Of a stretch of 64,000 nt of DNA, positions 56,236 through 64,000 are shown piece after piece. The notes under the pieces are model-generated. The model was not told the DNA's origin and did not search any database. It was given only the letters and a program-made list of their open reading frames with translations. Location: NCBI GenBank assembly GCA_038816475.1, contig JAWBAI010000005.1:1-64000 (forward strand). The letters run 5' to 3'. Source of the stretch: Desulfurococcaceae archaeon. GTDB taxonomy: Archaea > Thermoproteota > Thermoprotei_A > Sulfolobales > Desulfurococcaceae. Position 1 is the stretch's first letter. Each line of letters starts with the position of its first letter. A program made the position numbers and the translations under genes.

Positions 56236-57771
56236 TTGGTGTTGGGTCTCAAGCCCATAGTAGAAGCAGTAAACATAACTAAGAGATTTCCCGGGGGAGT
56301 AGTAGCGTTAGATAGTGTAAGTCTCGAGCTTTACGAGGGCGAAGCAGTAGCACTTCTCGGTGAGAACGGATCTGGGAAATCTACTCTTGTTAAAGTACTA
56401 TCTGGAATATATACACCGGATGAAGGACTGGTGAAGATCAGCGGAAAAGAGGTAACTATGAGAAACCCGAGTGATGCGATTAAACATGGAATAATTCTCA
56501 TATCTCAGACACCTCAACTAGTTGAAAGATTAACTGTAGCTGAAAACCTTGCAGTTTTTCTATCTGCTCTTAAGATGAGTAAACCATTCTCGAGCATTAA
56601 GTGGATTGGAAAGTACGTTGAGAAGGAAGCTTTGAAACTCGGTATACGCGTAGATCCGTTCGCAAGGGTCCATACTCTTAGCTATACTCAAAAGCAGCTC
56701 GTGGAGATACTTAAGGCTGTGTTAGCGGGAGCACGAGTACTACTGCTCGATGAAGCTCTAACCTACTTACCTGTTGAGGAGCGGAAGAAACTGTACAACT
56801 ACGTGGTGGAGTATAAGAAGAAAGGAGGCACAGTCGTCGTTATAACACATAAGCTGAGTGAAGCATTAGAAGTAGCTGATAGAATAGTTGTTTTAAAGGA
56901 TGGTCGAGTAAGAGGTATTCTAAGGAGGGAAGAGGCCACATTAGACAATGTAAGATATTTAATGTTCGGTGAATGTGCTAGAGAAATAACCTACGAGAGA
57001 CTCGTTAGTCGTAGTACTCCAGATGAGCCAGTTATAGTTGCAAAAGACCTGCGAGTTCTTGATGATTATGGTAGAGAAGCTGTTAGAGGAGTTAACCTGG
57101 AGGTTAGAAGTGGTGAAATAGTCGGCATAGCGGGTATTACGGGGAACGGCCAAAAGGAGCTTTTGGAAGCCATAGCTGGTTTACGTAGAGTTAAAAGTGG
57201 TCGTATTTATGCTAAAGACCTTTCCTCGGGCAACTTCGTAGAAGTTACAAATAAGGGTGCACGAGTGATCCGAGAACTCGGAATCGGTGTTATACCTGAA
57301 AACATACTTCTACATGGTGTATCAATAGAAGACCCAATCGTAGTAAACTTGATTGCTCTATATCAGAGAAACGGTTTTCTTGTAGATTGGCGTAAAGCGT
57401 CTAGCTTGGCAAAGGCTTTGATCAACGAGTTGAGGATCTTAACTCGAGATGAGCACACTCCGTGTAAACTGCTTTCCGGGGGTAACTTAATGAAGGTTGT
57501 CGTGGGTAGAGAACTGATGTACAGTAGAAGTGCACTCCTCGCGTACAATCCAACGAGAGCTCTAGACGAGGTGACGGCTATTCGTGTTAGAAAGATCATG
57601 AGTTATAAGGCGTTAAACGAGAAGCTCGCTGTTCTACTGGTCTCCGAGGACCTCGACGAGGTGCTACAAGTTAGTAGTAAGGTGTACGTTATGAACTCAG
57701 GTAAGCTCTACGGTCCATTTGACCCAGAGCAAACTAACCGTAGTGAGATCGAGAGCTACATGGTGATGTAA
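56236..57771 (+). CDS. Nucleoside/sugar ABC transporter ATP-binding protein (two ABC domains)
   Basis: GENGSGKST, LLLDE, GITGNGQ and LSGGN motifs. Confidence 0.93.
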   Translation: MVLGLKPIVEAVNITKRFPGGVVALDSVSLELYEGEAVALLGENGSGKSTLVKVLSGIYTPDEGLVKISGKEVTMRNPSDAIKHGIILISQTPQLVERLTVAENLAVFLSALKMSKPFSSIKWIGKYVEKEALKLGIRVDPFARVHTLSYTQKQLVEILKAVLAGARVLLLDEALTYLPVEERKKLYNYVVEYKKKGGTVVVITHKLSEALEVADRIVVLKDGRVRGILRREEATLDNVRYLMFGECAREITYERLVSRSTPDEPVIVAKDLRVLDDYGREAVRGVNLEVRSGEIVGIAGITGNGQKELLEAIAGLRRVKSGRIYAKDLSSGNFVEVTNKGARVIRELGIGVIPENILLHGVSIEDPIVVNLIALYQRNGFLVDWRKASSLAKALINELRILTRDEHTPCKLLSGGNLMKVVVGRELMYSRSALLAYNPTRALDEVTAIRVRKIMSYKALNEKLAVLLVSEDLDEVLQVSSKVYVMNSGKLYGPFDPEQTNRSEIESYMVM

Positions 57772-58908
57772 ATGCACGTGGTTGTCTTAAAGAGAAAGCA
57801 ACCACTTAAATACGGTGTACTCGCTGTAATGCTACCCTCGATAATACTGGGAGTAGCTGTATTCACGTTAATCAACTGGATCTCAGGTGCAGACCCGATC
57901 AGCACACTACAACTCATAGCAACATCCTTTGTATCTCCTATTGTGATCAAGGACGTAATACTACTAACCATGCTCGGCTACGCTTTACTAGTCTCGTTCA
58001 AAGCAGCTATTTGGAACATAGGTGGAGAGGGGCAATTCTTCATGGGTGCTCTTGCAACCGTAGTTACAATACTGCACTTGCTACCGGAAAACCCGCCAGA
58101 AAACCAAGCACCACTCTACATGGTAGCAGGACTCTTTTTCTCCGTTGTTCTCGCATCTCTAGCTGGTGCTGCCTGGGCGTTCATCGCTGGTTTAATCAAA
58201 GCCTATGCTAAACTGGATGAAGTTCCAGTTACACTCCTGCTGAACTACATTGCATACTACTTGATAAACTACCTAGTGTACTATCCTCTACGTGGAAGAA
58301 GAGTCTACGGTTACGTTAGAACAGATGAAATACCATCAGTGTACCGGGTAAACATACGCTTACTTATACCAACGCCTGAGGACCCGGTTACTAGAGCACT
58401 TGTTTTCGCAGTTCAGCAGGTAATCTACTACGCCGTATGGATACTGGGTGCTCTTCTACTAGCTGTCTTGACTTGGTTTATACTGAGAAGAACTAGGATC
58501 GGCTTGTACATTCAGATCCACGGTTCAAACCCTGAGTACCTCGCTGCACTAGGTATTGACCCGAGGAAAGTAGCCATATCTGCAATCACTCTATCTGGAC
58601 TACTCGTGGGCTACGCATCCACGTTCTACACTCTAGGTGATATGTTCAGAATCAGCTACCCTGTTCAAGAGGTTACAGGTGGTTATGGTTTCCTCGCTGT
58701 TCTTGTAGCATGGTTATCACTACTGGAGTTCAAGTACATTCCGATCTCAGCGTACATTGTATCATCACTGCGGAGTGCTGGCTATGCTCTTCAAATAGGT
58801 GGATTAGGCGCCATGGAGCAAATGCTAATTCTCATTGGAGTAGTACTTCTCTTCTCTTCTACACTCAGATTCTTAACTGAGTACGAGGTGAAGGTGAGAT
58901 TCAAGTGA
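57772..58908 (+). CDS. Nucleoside ABC transporter permease
   Basis: WNIGGEGQ, E..TLLLNY and GYGF motifs; multiple TM helices. Confidence 0.92.
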   Translation: MHVVVLKRKQPLKYGVLAVMLPSIILGVAVFTLINWISGADPISTLQLIATSFVSPIVIKDVILLTMLGYALLVSFKAAIWNIGGEGQFFMGALATVVTILHLLPENPPENQAPLYMVAGLFFSVVLASLAGAAWAFIAGLIKAYAKLDEVPVTLLLNYIAYYLINYLVYYPLRGRRVYGYVRTDEIPSVYRVNIRLLIPTPEDPVTRALVFAVQQVIYYAVWILGALLLAVLTWFILRRTRIGLYIQIHGSNPEYLAALGIDPRKVAISAITLSGLLVGYASTFYTLGDMFRISYPVQEVTGGYGFLAVLVAWLSLLEFKYIPISAYIVSSLRSAGYALQIGGLGAMEQMLILIGVVLLFSSTLRFLTEYEVKVRFK

Positions 58909-59834
58909 TCGAGTTGTTGAGCACTGTTTTACTCTCGGCTATTCCAGCTTTTGTTTTCATATACCTTGTATCTCTGGGTCACAGTATTGCAGAGAAGTCT
59001 GGTGTACTGAACTTAGCTGTGGATGGCATGTTCTTTCTATCAACAAGCATAGCTGTACTGGTAAGCTACAATGTATACGCTTCAGCGGGGTTCACTGAGG
59101 TACCTGCTGCTGTCTGTGGAACACTAGTAGCAGCAACTGTAGTAGCATTGATCGGCGCGTTGATGGCGGTGATTCTCACGGTTTTCCCAGTGAACCATGC
59201 AGCGTTCGGTTTATCACTGATGTTCCTTGGATATGGACTCGGTGTAATGGCTGGTTATCCTGTTAGACTCCGGGTGGGTGTTATTGAGCCGTTCACGTAC
59301 CCCGCTGATCTCACAGTTTACCTTGCACTGCTCTCATTATCGGTGGGAGTATCAATCGCTGCTCACATCCTTATGTCTAGAACATCCCTTGGAGCATCCA
59401 TTAGAGCTGTTGGTGAAAAACCGCACAGTGTTCTAGCCATGGGAATGAGCGTTGCTAAGATCAGGGTTATAGCGTGTTTAATAGGTTTCTTCATACTGGG
59501 CGTAGGAGCCTCCATGTACTCACTACTATGGAGTAGAATGTGGGGTCCAAGAGATTACCTGCTTGGCTACGGATGGATAGCTTTCACAATAGCCTTGGCT
59601 GCTGGTAGACACCCACTACTGCTACTGGCTTTATCCCTAGTGTTCGGAGGAATACTGGGTAACAGGTACACAATACAGGTTCTTCTAGGAATACCACCAG
59701 ACATATCACACATGATACCCTACATCTCAGCACTAGTAGCAATGCTAATATACAGCACCACGAGATTAAGAGAAGTACTAGCACCACCTGGAGCTCTCGG
59801 AAAAGTATTCTACAAGGAGGAGAGAACAGTATAG
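58905..59834 (+). CDS. Nucleoside ABC transporter permease
   Basis: EKSGVLNLAVDG, RAVGE, GWIA and IPY motifs. Confidence 0.92.
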   Translation: MIELLSTVLLSAIPAFVFIYLVSLGHSIAEKSGVLNLAVDGMFFLSTSIAVLVSYNVYASAGFTEVPAAVCGTLVAATVVALIGALMAVILTVFPVNHAAFGLSLMFLGYGLGVMAGYPVRLRVGVIEPFTYPADLTVYLALLSLSVGVSIAAHILMSRTSLGASIRAVGEKPHSVLAMGMSVAKIRVIACLIGFFILGVGASMYSLLWSRMWGPRDYLLGYGWIAFTIALAAGRHPLLLLALSLVFGGILGNRYTIQVLLGIPPDISHMIPYISALVAMLIYSTTRLREVLAPPGALGKVFYKEERTV

Positions 59835-59920
59835 CCGAGTACAATTGCAAGCAAAAACAGGATCCATAAGCAGAGAGACATTTAAGTAAAAAACTCGTTT
59901 AAACTACTCGTATAGGGAAA

Positions 59921-61984
59921 CTAGTGCTTTCTTTTCTTCACGATCAGCGAGTAGGTTACGAATGTAGCAGTCGCTGTAGCTACTACTACGGTAATATACC
60001 ATGGTTCAGGTATTGGTATAGGTTCCTGAAGCTCAGGGTAAGATTCGGATACTAGGTGAACAACGAGATTACCTCCTACATCTCCTTCAAGTGTAACTAT
60101 TGCAATCCTTCCTGGTTGACCTGGGTTTGCTCGCAGTACAGCTACGTATAGTGGAGTTTCGTGAACACCCTTAACAGTGGATACTGGTAGTACCCATGGT
60201 TCAAGAGTATCTGTGCTCGTATCATAGAAAGCAACGTAGAGGTTCCTAGTACCTGTTTCATCCGTAATAGCATACGGTATAATGTATTTACCAGAGCCCT
60301 CGTCGAATACTACACGAACATAGCTAGCGTTCCCATCAGCTAGCACAAAGCTTCTAACCACTCCACTCGTATCTAAGAGAGATAAGTTAACCCATCCAAC
60401 AGCACTCCAAGCAACAAGCCAAGTAGAGTAGTTACTTGCAATCCACGGATAGAAAGTAGTTGGTACACCACGATCAATTAATGCTCCTCTCGATACGATG
60501 GGAGACGGTGGCTGTAAATCTATGATCGCGTAGTCAAGGCTCGTAGAACTAGCATTGTACACTGTTAACACGTAACGACCTTGTCCAAGGATTTTACTGT
60601 AGATCGATGGATAAAGGTTGAAGTACGAATAGTAATTCCCACCTGATACGTACAGATCCGGTTCTGGACCCTGATCTCCTTCTCTATCATCGACAGAATA
60701 CTGAGTTATGAAGAATCCTAAGGTTGGATCAGACCTGCCCACGATTACCACAATATCATGACCAGTAGTAGCAGTTACATTTCTTGCTAGTAGCGTGAAG
60801 TTTCTTGTTAATGGATCGTAGATTAGACTACCTATGATGTCTACTCCAACGCGTGGCGTAGTATCGGGGGAGGATGTGACACCTCCACCTAATGGAACAA
60901 GAAGGTATCTTCCTGTGTACACGGGCGTTTCGTTCAAGAGGTTAATGGTGTACCGAGCCACAGCTGTGGTTTGAGATGAGTGTCCTACTACCCACCACCT
61001 GGTTTCATTGGAATGAATAAAGAACGTTACCGTGGGATGATACTGGTAACTCGCACCATAAATGTGCATCGGCGTTGTTGGTTCTCCAACGATTGGTACA
61101 TAGCTGTACAACACAGTTCTAAAATATGTAGTAGTACCGACCACTCTTGTGAAATTCGTCCATGCAACTAGGAACCCTGTTTCATTAGCTGCAATATCTA
61201 TCATTCCTCGGAACACGTTTGCGTAGATCAATGAACCCTTATCTGGACTAAACGCGTATTGATTAACGATTTCTCCCTCATTATTCAAGATGTATACTCT
61301 CAAAGTATAGTTCGGGGCACCTTCTGAGAATGCTATTCCAAGATACTGCTTGTCGGGTGTTACAGCTACTCGGATACCCCATGATGTAGGGTACTGAATG
61401 GTCCCAGTGTATATCGACACTTTTTTTACTGTGGGAAGCTTCTCAGACTCTACTGAGTACTCCAGGTACAAGCTCCACTTACCTGGGTCGAAGTCGTCGT
61501 CTTGGAAGTCCTGGATCACAGCGTAGCCGTTATCAACCATCCACTTGTTAACGTTCAATATGTGTGTTCTGTTCACTCTTACGTAGAGTACTGCTACAAT
61601 TCTTCCGTAGTTATCTACAAGTCCACTACTGCATCCAGCTTGTCTTGAGTAGTTGGCTATATCCAAGTACACTGTGTTGTTGTATGCTGCAAGCAGGTTT
61701 ATCAGTGCATTCCGCGCTTCCTCTCCCTCTGGTGTATTTAGTTCGGGTGCATCTATGTCTGCTAATCTAACAACTGTTCTGTATTCACCTGCAACACACA
61801 CAGGTGGTGAAATATGCACTGTGTCTCCGTCGACAACCCTGGTTACTACTACGCGTGCATGTGGAAAATCAGGGTGAAAACCAACTCTGTTGCTGGATGT
61901 TAGTAGAATTGCTGGTTGAGCTAGTAGTAGCATGATTAGTGATAGTATTATTAAACCCTTGATCCTCAACCACAACACCTTCAA
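59921..61984 (-). CDS. Secreted, surface-anchored thermonuclease (SNase) family protein with a large C-terminal beta-rich domain
   Basis: Signal peptide; RVVDGDT, VRLADIDAPE, DNYGR and N..MV..GYA SNase motifs; C-terminal PIPIPEP + TM + KKRKH. Confidence 0.88.
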   Translation of the reverse strand: MKVLWLRIKGLIILSLIMLLLAQPAILLTSSNRVGFHPDFPHARVVVTRVVDGDTVHISPPVCVAGEYRTVVRLADIDAPELNTPEGEEARNALINLLAAYNNTVYLDIANYSRQAGCSSGLVDNYGRIVAVLYVRVNRTHILNVNKWMVDNGYAVIQDFQDDDFDPGKWSLYLEYSVESEKLPTVKKVSIYTGTIQYPTSWGIRVAVTPDKQYLGIAFSEGAPNYTLRVYILNNEGEIVNQYAFSPDKGSLIYANVFRGMIDIAANETGFLVAWTNFTRVVGTTTYFRTVLYSYVPIVGEPTTPMHIYGASYQYHPTVTFFIHSNETRWWVVGHSSQTTAVARYTINLLNETPVYTGRYLLVPLGGGVTSSPDTTPRVGVDIIGSLIYDPLTRNFTLLARNVTATTGHDIVVIVGRSDPTLGFFITQYSVDDREGDQGPEPDLYVSGGNYYSYFNLYPSIYSKILGQGRYVLTVYNASSTSLDYAIIDLQPPSPIVSRGALIDRGVPTTFYPWIASNYSTWLVAWSAVGWVNLSLLDTSGVVRSFVLADGNASYVRVVFDEGSGKYIIPYAITDETGTRNLYVAFYDTSTDTLEPWVLPVSTVKGVHETPLYVAVLRANPGQPGRIAIVTLEGDVGGNLVVHLVSESYPELQEPIPIPEPWYITVVVATATATFVTYSLIVKKRKH

Positions 61985-62064
61985 GTATAAACTTACATCG
62001 CGGTGGGTTTATAAGCAGATATGTGTGGAAGCAGAGATCGACTTGTTCATCGTGGTTGTTGAAG

Positions 62065-62937
62065 CTAGGATTTGTACTTGAACTCTGATACTGTTGCAAC
62101 GTAGAGTGCTACAAGTATTAATCCACCACCGAGAACCTTGTACAAGGCTAGTTCTTCAAGCTTCATTAAAACCGAGAAAACCAGTGCGAAAACAGGCTCT
62201 AGAAGAAACACCAGTGCAGCTGTTTCAGGTGAAACGTACCTCTGTCCTAGAACCTGGAAGAAGGTTGCACCAATTGAGCAAACCAGTGCAAGGTACGCAA
62301 TGTAGACGAGTGCTTCCGTTGATAACTGTGGATTGTGCAGAATTGATAACGGAGCGTAGAGTAAGCCCACAGCAAAGCAACCAAGGAGAAACTCGTACAT
62401 TGAGGAACCCTTGAACCTGGCTATTAGGAGGATCTGAGCTGCCCAAGCAAAGGTAGCAGTAAACACCAGTAGTTCACCGACCCCGAATCCACCAGCAGGT
62501 GTTGTCAGAGCGTAGAGACCAGTTATTGCTAAAGCAAGGCTCACGAGATCCAGCATCGTATACCTCTTCGCTACGAACCCAGCGTACAGGTGAACGTGGA
62601 TTGTGCTTAAACCCGTGATGAAGGCACTTGTGGATGGATCTACGTAGGCTGTTCCCGCTGCTTGAAGACAAAGCCCTACAGTGTACGCTAACCCGGTGAT
62701 GAATCCTCGTTTAAAGCTCAACGAGTCAAAGGACCCGTTTGCTATTCTGCGAGCAACCAGTGGCGTAAGAACCAGTATTGCTAAAGCTGTCCTCGCAAAA
62801 GTATAGGTGTAAGGATCTACTTCACCCATGGATAGCTTTATGAAAGCAAAGGATGTTCCCCACAAAATCGTCGTTGTAATTAGAGAAAGCAAACCAAGAA
62901 ACTTAAGCTTACTACTGGTGCTTCCCATAAGGTACAC
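62065..62937 (-). CDS. DMT/EamA family transporter
   Basis: LWGTSF, SAFIT and LEPVFA motifs; about 10 TM helices. Confidence 0.92.
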   Translation of the reverse strand: MYLMGSTSSKLKFLGLLSLITTTILWGTSFAFIKLSMGEVDPYTYTFARTALAILVLTPLVARRIANGSFDSLSFKRGFITGLAYTVGLCLQAAGTAYVDPSTSAFITGLSTIHVHLYAGFVAKRYTMLDLVSLALAITGLYALTTPAGGFGVGELLVFTATFAWAAQILLIARFKGSSMYEFLLGCFAVGLLYAPLSILHNPQLSTEALVYIAYLALVCSIGATFFQVLGQRYVSPETAALVFLLEPVFALVFSVLMKLEELALYKVLGGGLILVALYVATVSEFKYKS

Positions 62938-63000
62938 GGATCACGCTTACTCAACTAGGAAGTACACGTGCTCTCTTCAACCAGTTTGAATGTAGCTTGT

Positions 63001-63966
63001 TCACCCGGGAATTATTCTTGTTCCAGCTTCTCCTCTGAGAGCTTCAGCTGCTTGCTTAAGATGAGCTATTACTGCTAGTTTACCACCGTTCTGTATGAAC
63101 CTGACGCCGGCTAGCACCTTTGGACCCATGCTTCCAGGTTTGAAGTGACCTTCCTTGTAGTACTTTAGTGCTTCGCTCACCGTTAGAACTTTGACTGGTT
63201 TAGCGTTGGGTGTTCCGTAGTCTAAGTACACGTAGTCAACGTCTGTTAGTATCATGAGAACATCTGCTCCAAGCGAACTAGCCATTCTCTCTGCTCCAAG
63301 GTCCTTGTCTATTACAGCTTCCACTCCGCTGAGCCTCCCGTTTTCCTCAACAACTGGTATTCCTCCTCCACCATCCGCTATTACAATGAAGCCTTTTTCA
63401 ACCAGTGTTCTAATAGCCTCGATCTCCACTTGGATAAGCGGGTCAGGTGATGGTACGACTCTTCTGAATCCACCGCGAGGATCAGGCTTAAAGATCCACT
63501 TGTATTCTGCTGCTAGCTTATCAGCCTCCTCCTTCTCGTACCATGGACCAATGTACTTTGAGGGGTCTTTGAAGTCGGGGTCATCTCTTCTAACGAGAGT
63601 TTGTGTAACAACGGTGACTACGCCCTTAACCACGCTGGGGATTAGTTCTTTCTCTTTGAGCTTGTTGTAAAGTGCTTGCTGAAGTATGTAGCCAAGCCAA
63701 CCCTGAGTCATAGCACCAGCTATGTCCAGGCTCATTGGTGGAATGTTCTTGTGCTTAAGTCCAAGCACCATTAGTTCAGCGAGTATACCAACCTGTGGTC
63801 CATTACCGTGGGTTACAACAACTCTGTAGCCTTCCTCAACGAGGCTTACAACAGCTTCTGCTGCTCTGTACGCGTTTCGCCAGTAGTCCTCAACAGTACC
63901 CTTCTCGCCTTTCGACTGAAAAGCGTTTCCACCAAAGGCTATAACAACTAATCCTTTATTCTTCAA
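63001..63966 (-). CDS. arcC: Carbamate kinase
   Basis: AFGGNA, THGNGPQVG, RRVVPSP, GGGGIPV, EAVIDKD and GSMGPK motifs. Confidence 0.96.
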   Translation of the reverse strand: MKNKGLVVIAFGGNAFQSKGEKGTVEDYWRNAYRAAEAVVSLVEEGYRVVVTHGNGPQVGILAELMVLGLKHKNIPPMSLDIAGAMTQGWLGYILQQALYNKLKEKELIPSVVKGVVTVVTQTLVRRDDPDFKDPSKYIGPWYEKEEADKLAAEYKWIFKPDPRGGFRRVVPSPDPLIQVEIEAIRTLVEKGFIVIADGGGGIPVVEENGRLSGVEAVIDKDLGAERMASSLGADVLMILTDVDYVYLDYGTPNAKPVKVLTVSEALKYYKEGHFKPGSMGPKVLAGVRFIQNGGKLAVIAHLKQAAEALRGEAGTRIIPG

Positions 63967-64000
63967 CCATTCACACCCCTTGGTTCAAAACGTGTGTTAA

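Noticed and set aside
1-64000. CRISPR array, rRNA, provirus or defence island
   Set aside because: No regularly spaced repeats, rRNA-like sequence, cas, integrase or viral genes were recognised by eye.

Overview
Gene-dense archaeal chromosomal segment. The gene set (archaeal-type MAT, TIP49, RIO2, NucS, Nre, Trm112, DUF2153, RqcH, C/D-box-like sRNAs, many TTG/GTG starts) suggests a hyperthermophilic Thermoproteota member, probably Desulfurococcales; this is inference. It is mostly housekeeping and metabolism: a sugar(-acid) kinase/aldolase/dehydrogenase cluster, tRNA-Val(CAC), pdxS/pdxT, nadM plus a COG1058 gene, nre plus a radical SAM gene, a Zn/Mn-type ABC transporter with a NikR-like regulator, nucS, rqcH, mat, rio2, a ttuA-like gene, tip49, pyrF/E/K/D, rnhB, a DRG GTPase, a phosphohexomutase, a BMP nucleoside ABC transporter, a surface nuclease and carbamate kinase. 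No CRISPR array, rRNA, integrase or transposase gene was seen. Best leads: (1) a 220-bp non-autonomous insertion that splits a transcription-regulator gene, with IS607-like ends, a GG junction, an internal TATA box and a nested hairpin, possibly a stand-alone TnpB guide (omega) RNA cassette; (2) a catalytically dead threonine-synthase-like protein fused to a winged helix, directly upstream of pdxS/pdxT with a perfect 12-bp palindrome in between, a candidate new vitamin B6 regulator; (3) a surface-anchored SNase-family nuclease with a PIP/PEP-type sorting signal next to a nucleoside ABC transporter; (4) a twin-palindrome operator in the divergent metal-ABC promoter, with an atypical NikR-fold regulator; (5) two or three C/D-box sRNA candidates and two frame-disrupted envelope genes. 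All product calls come from motif recognition by eye; no searches were run.
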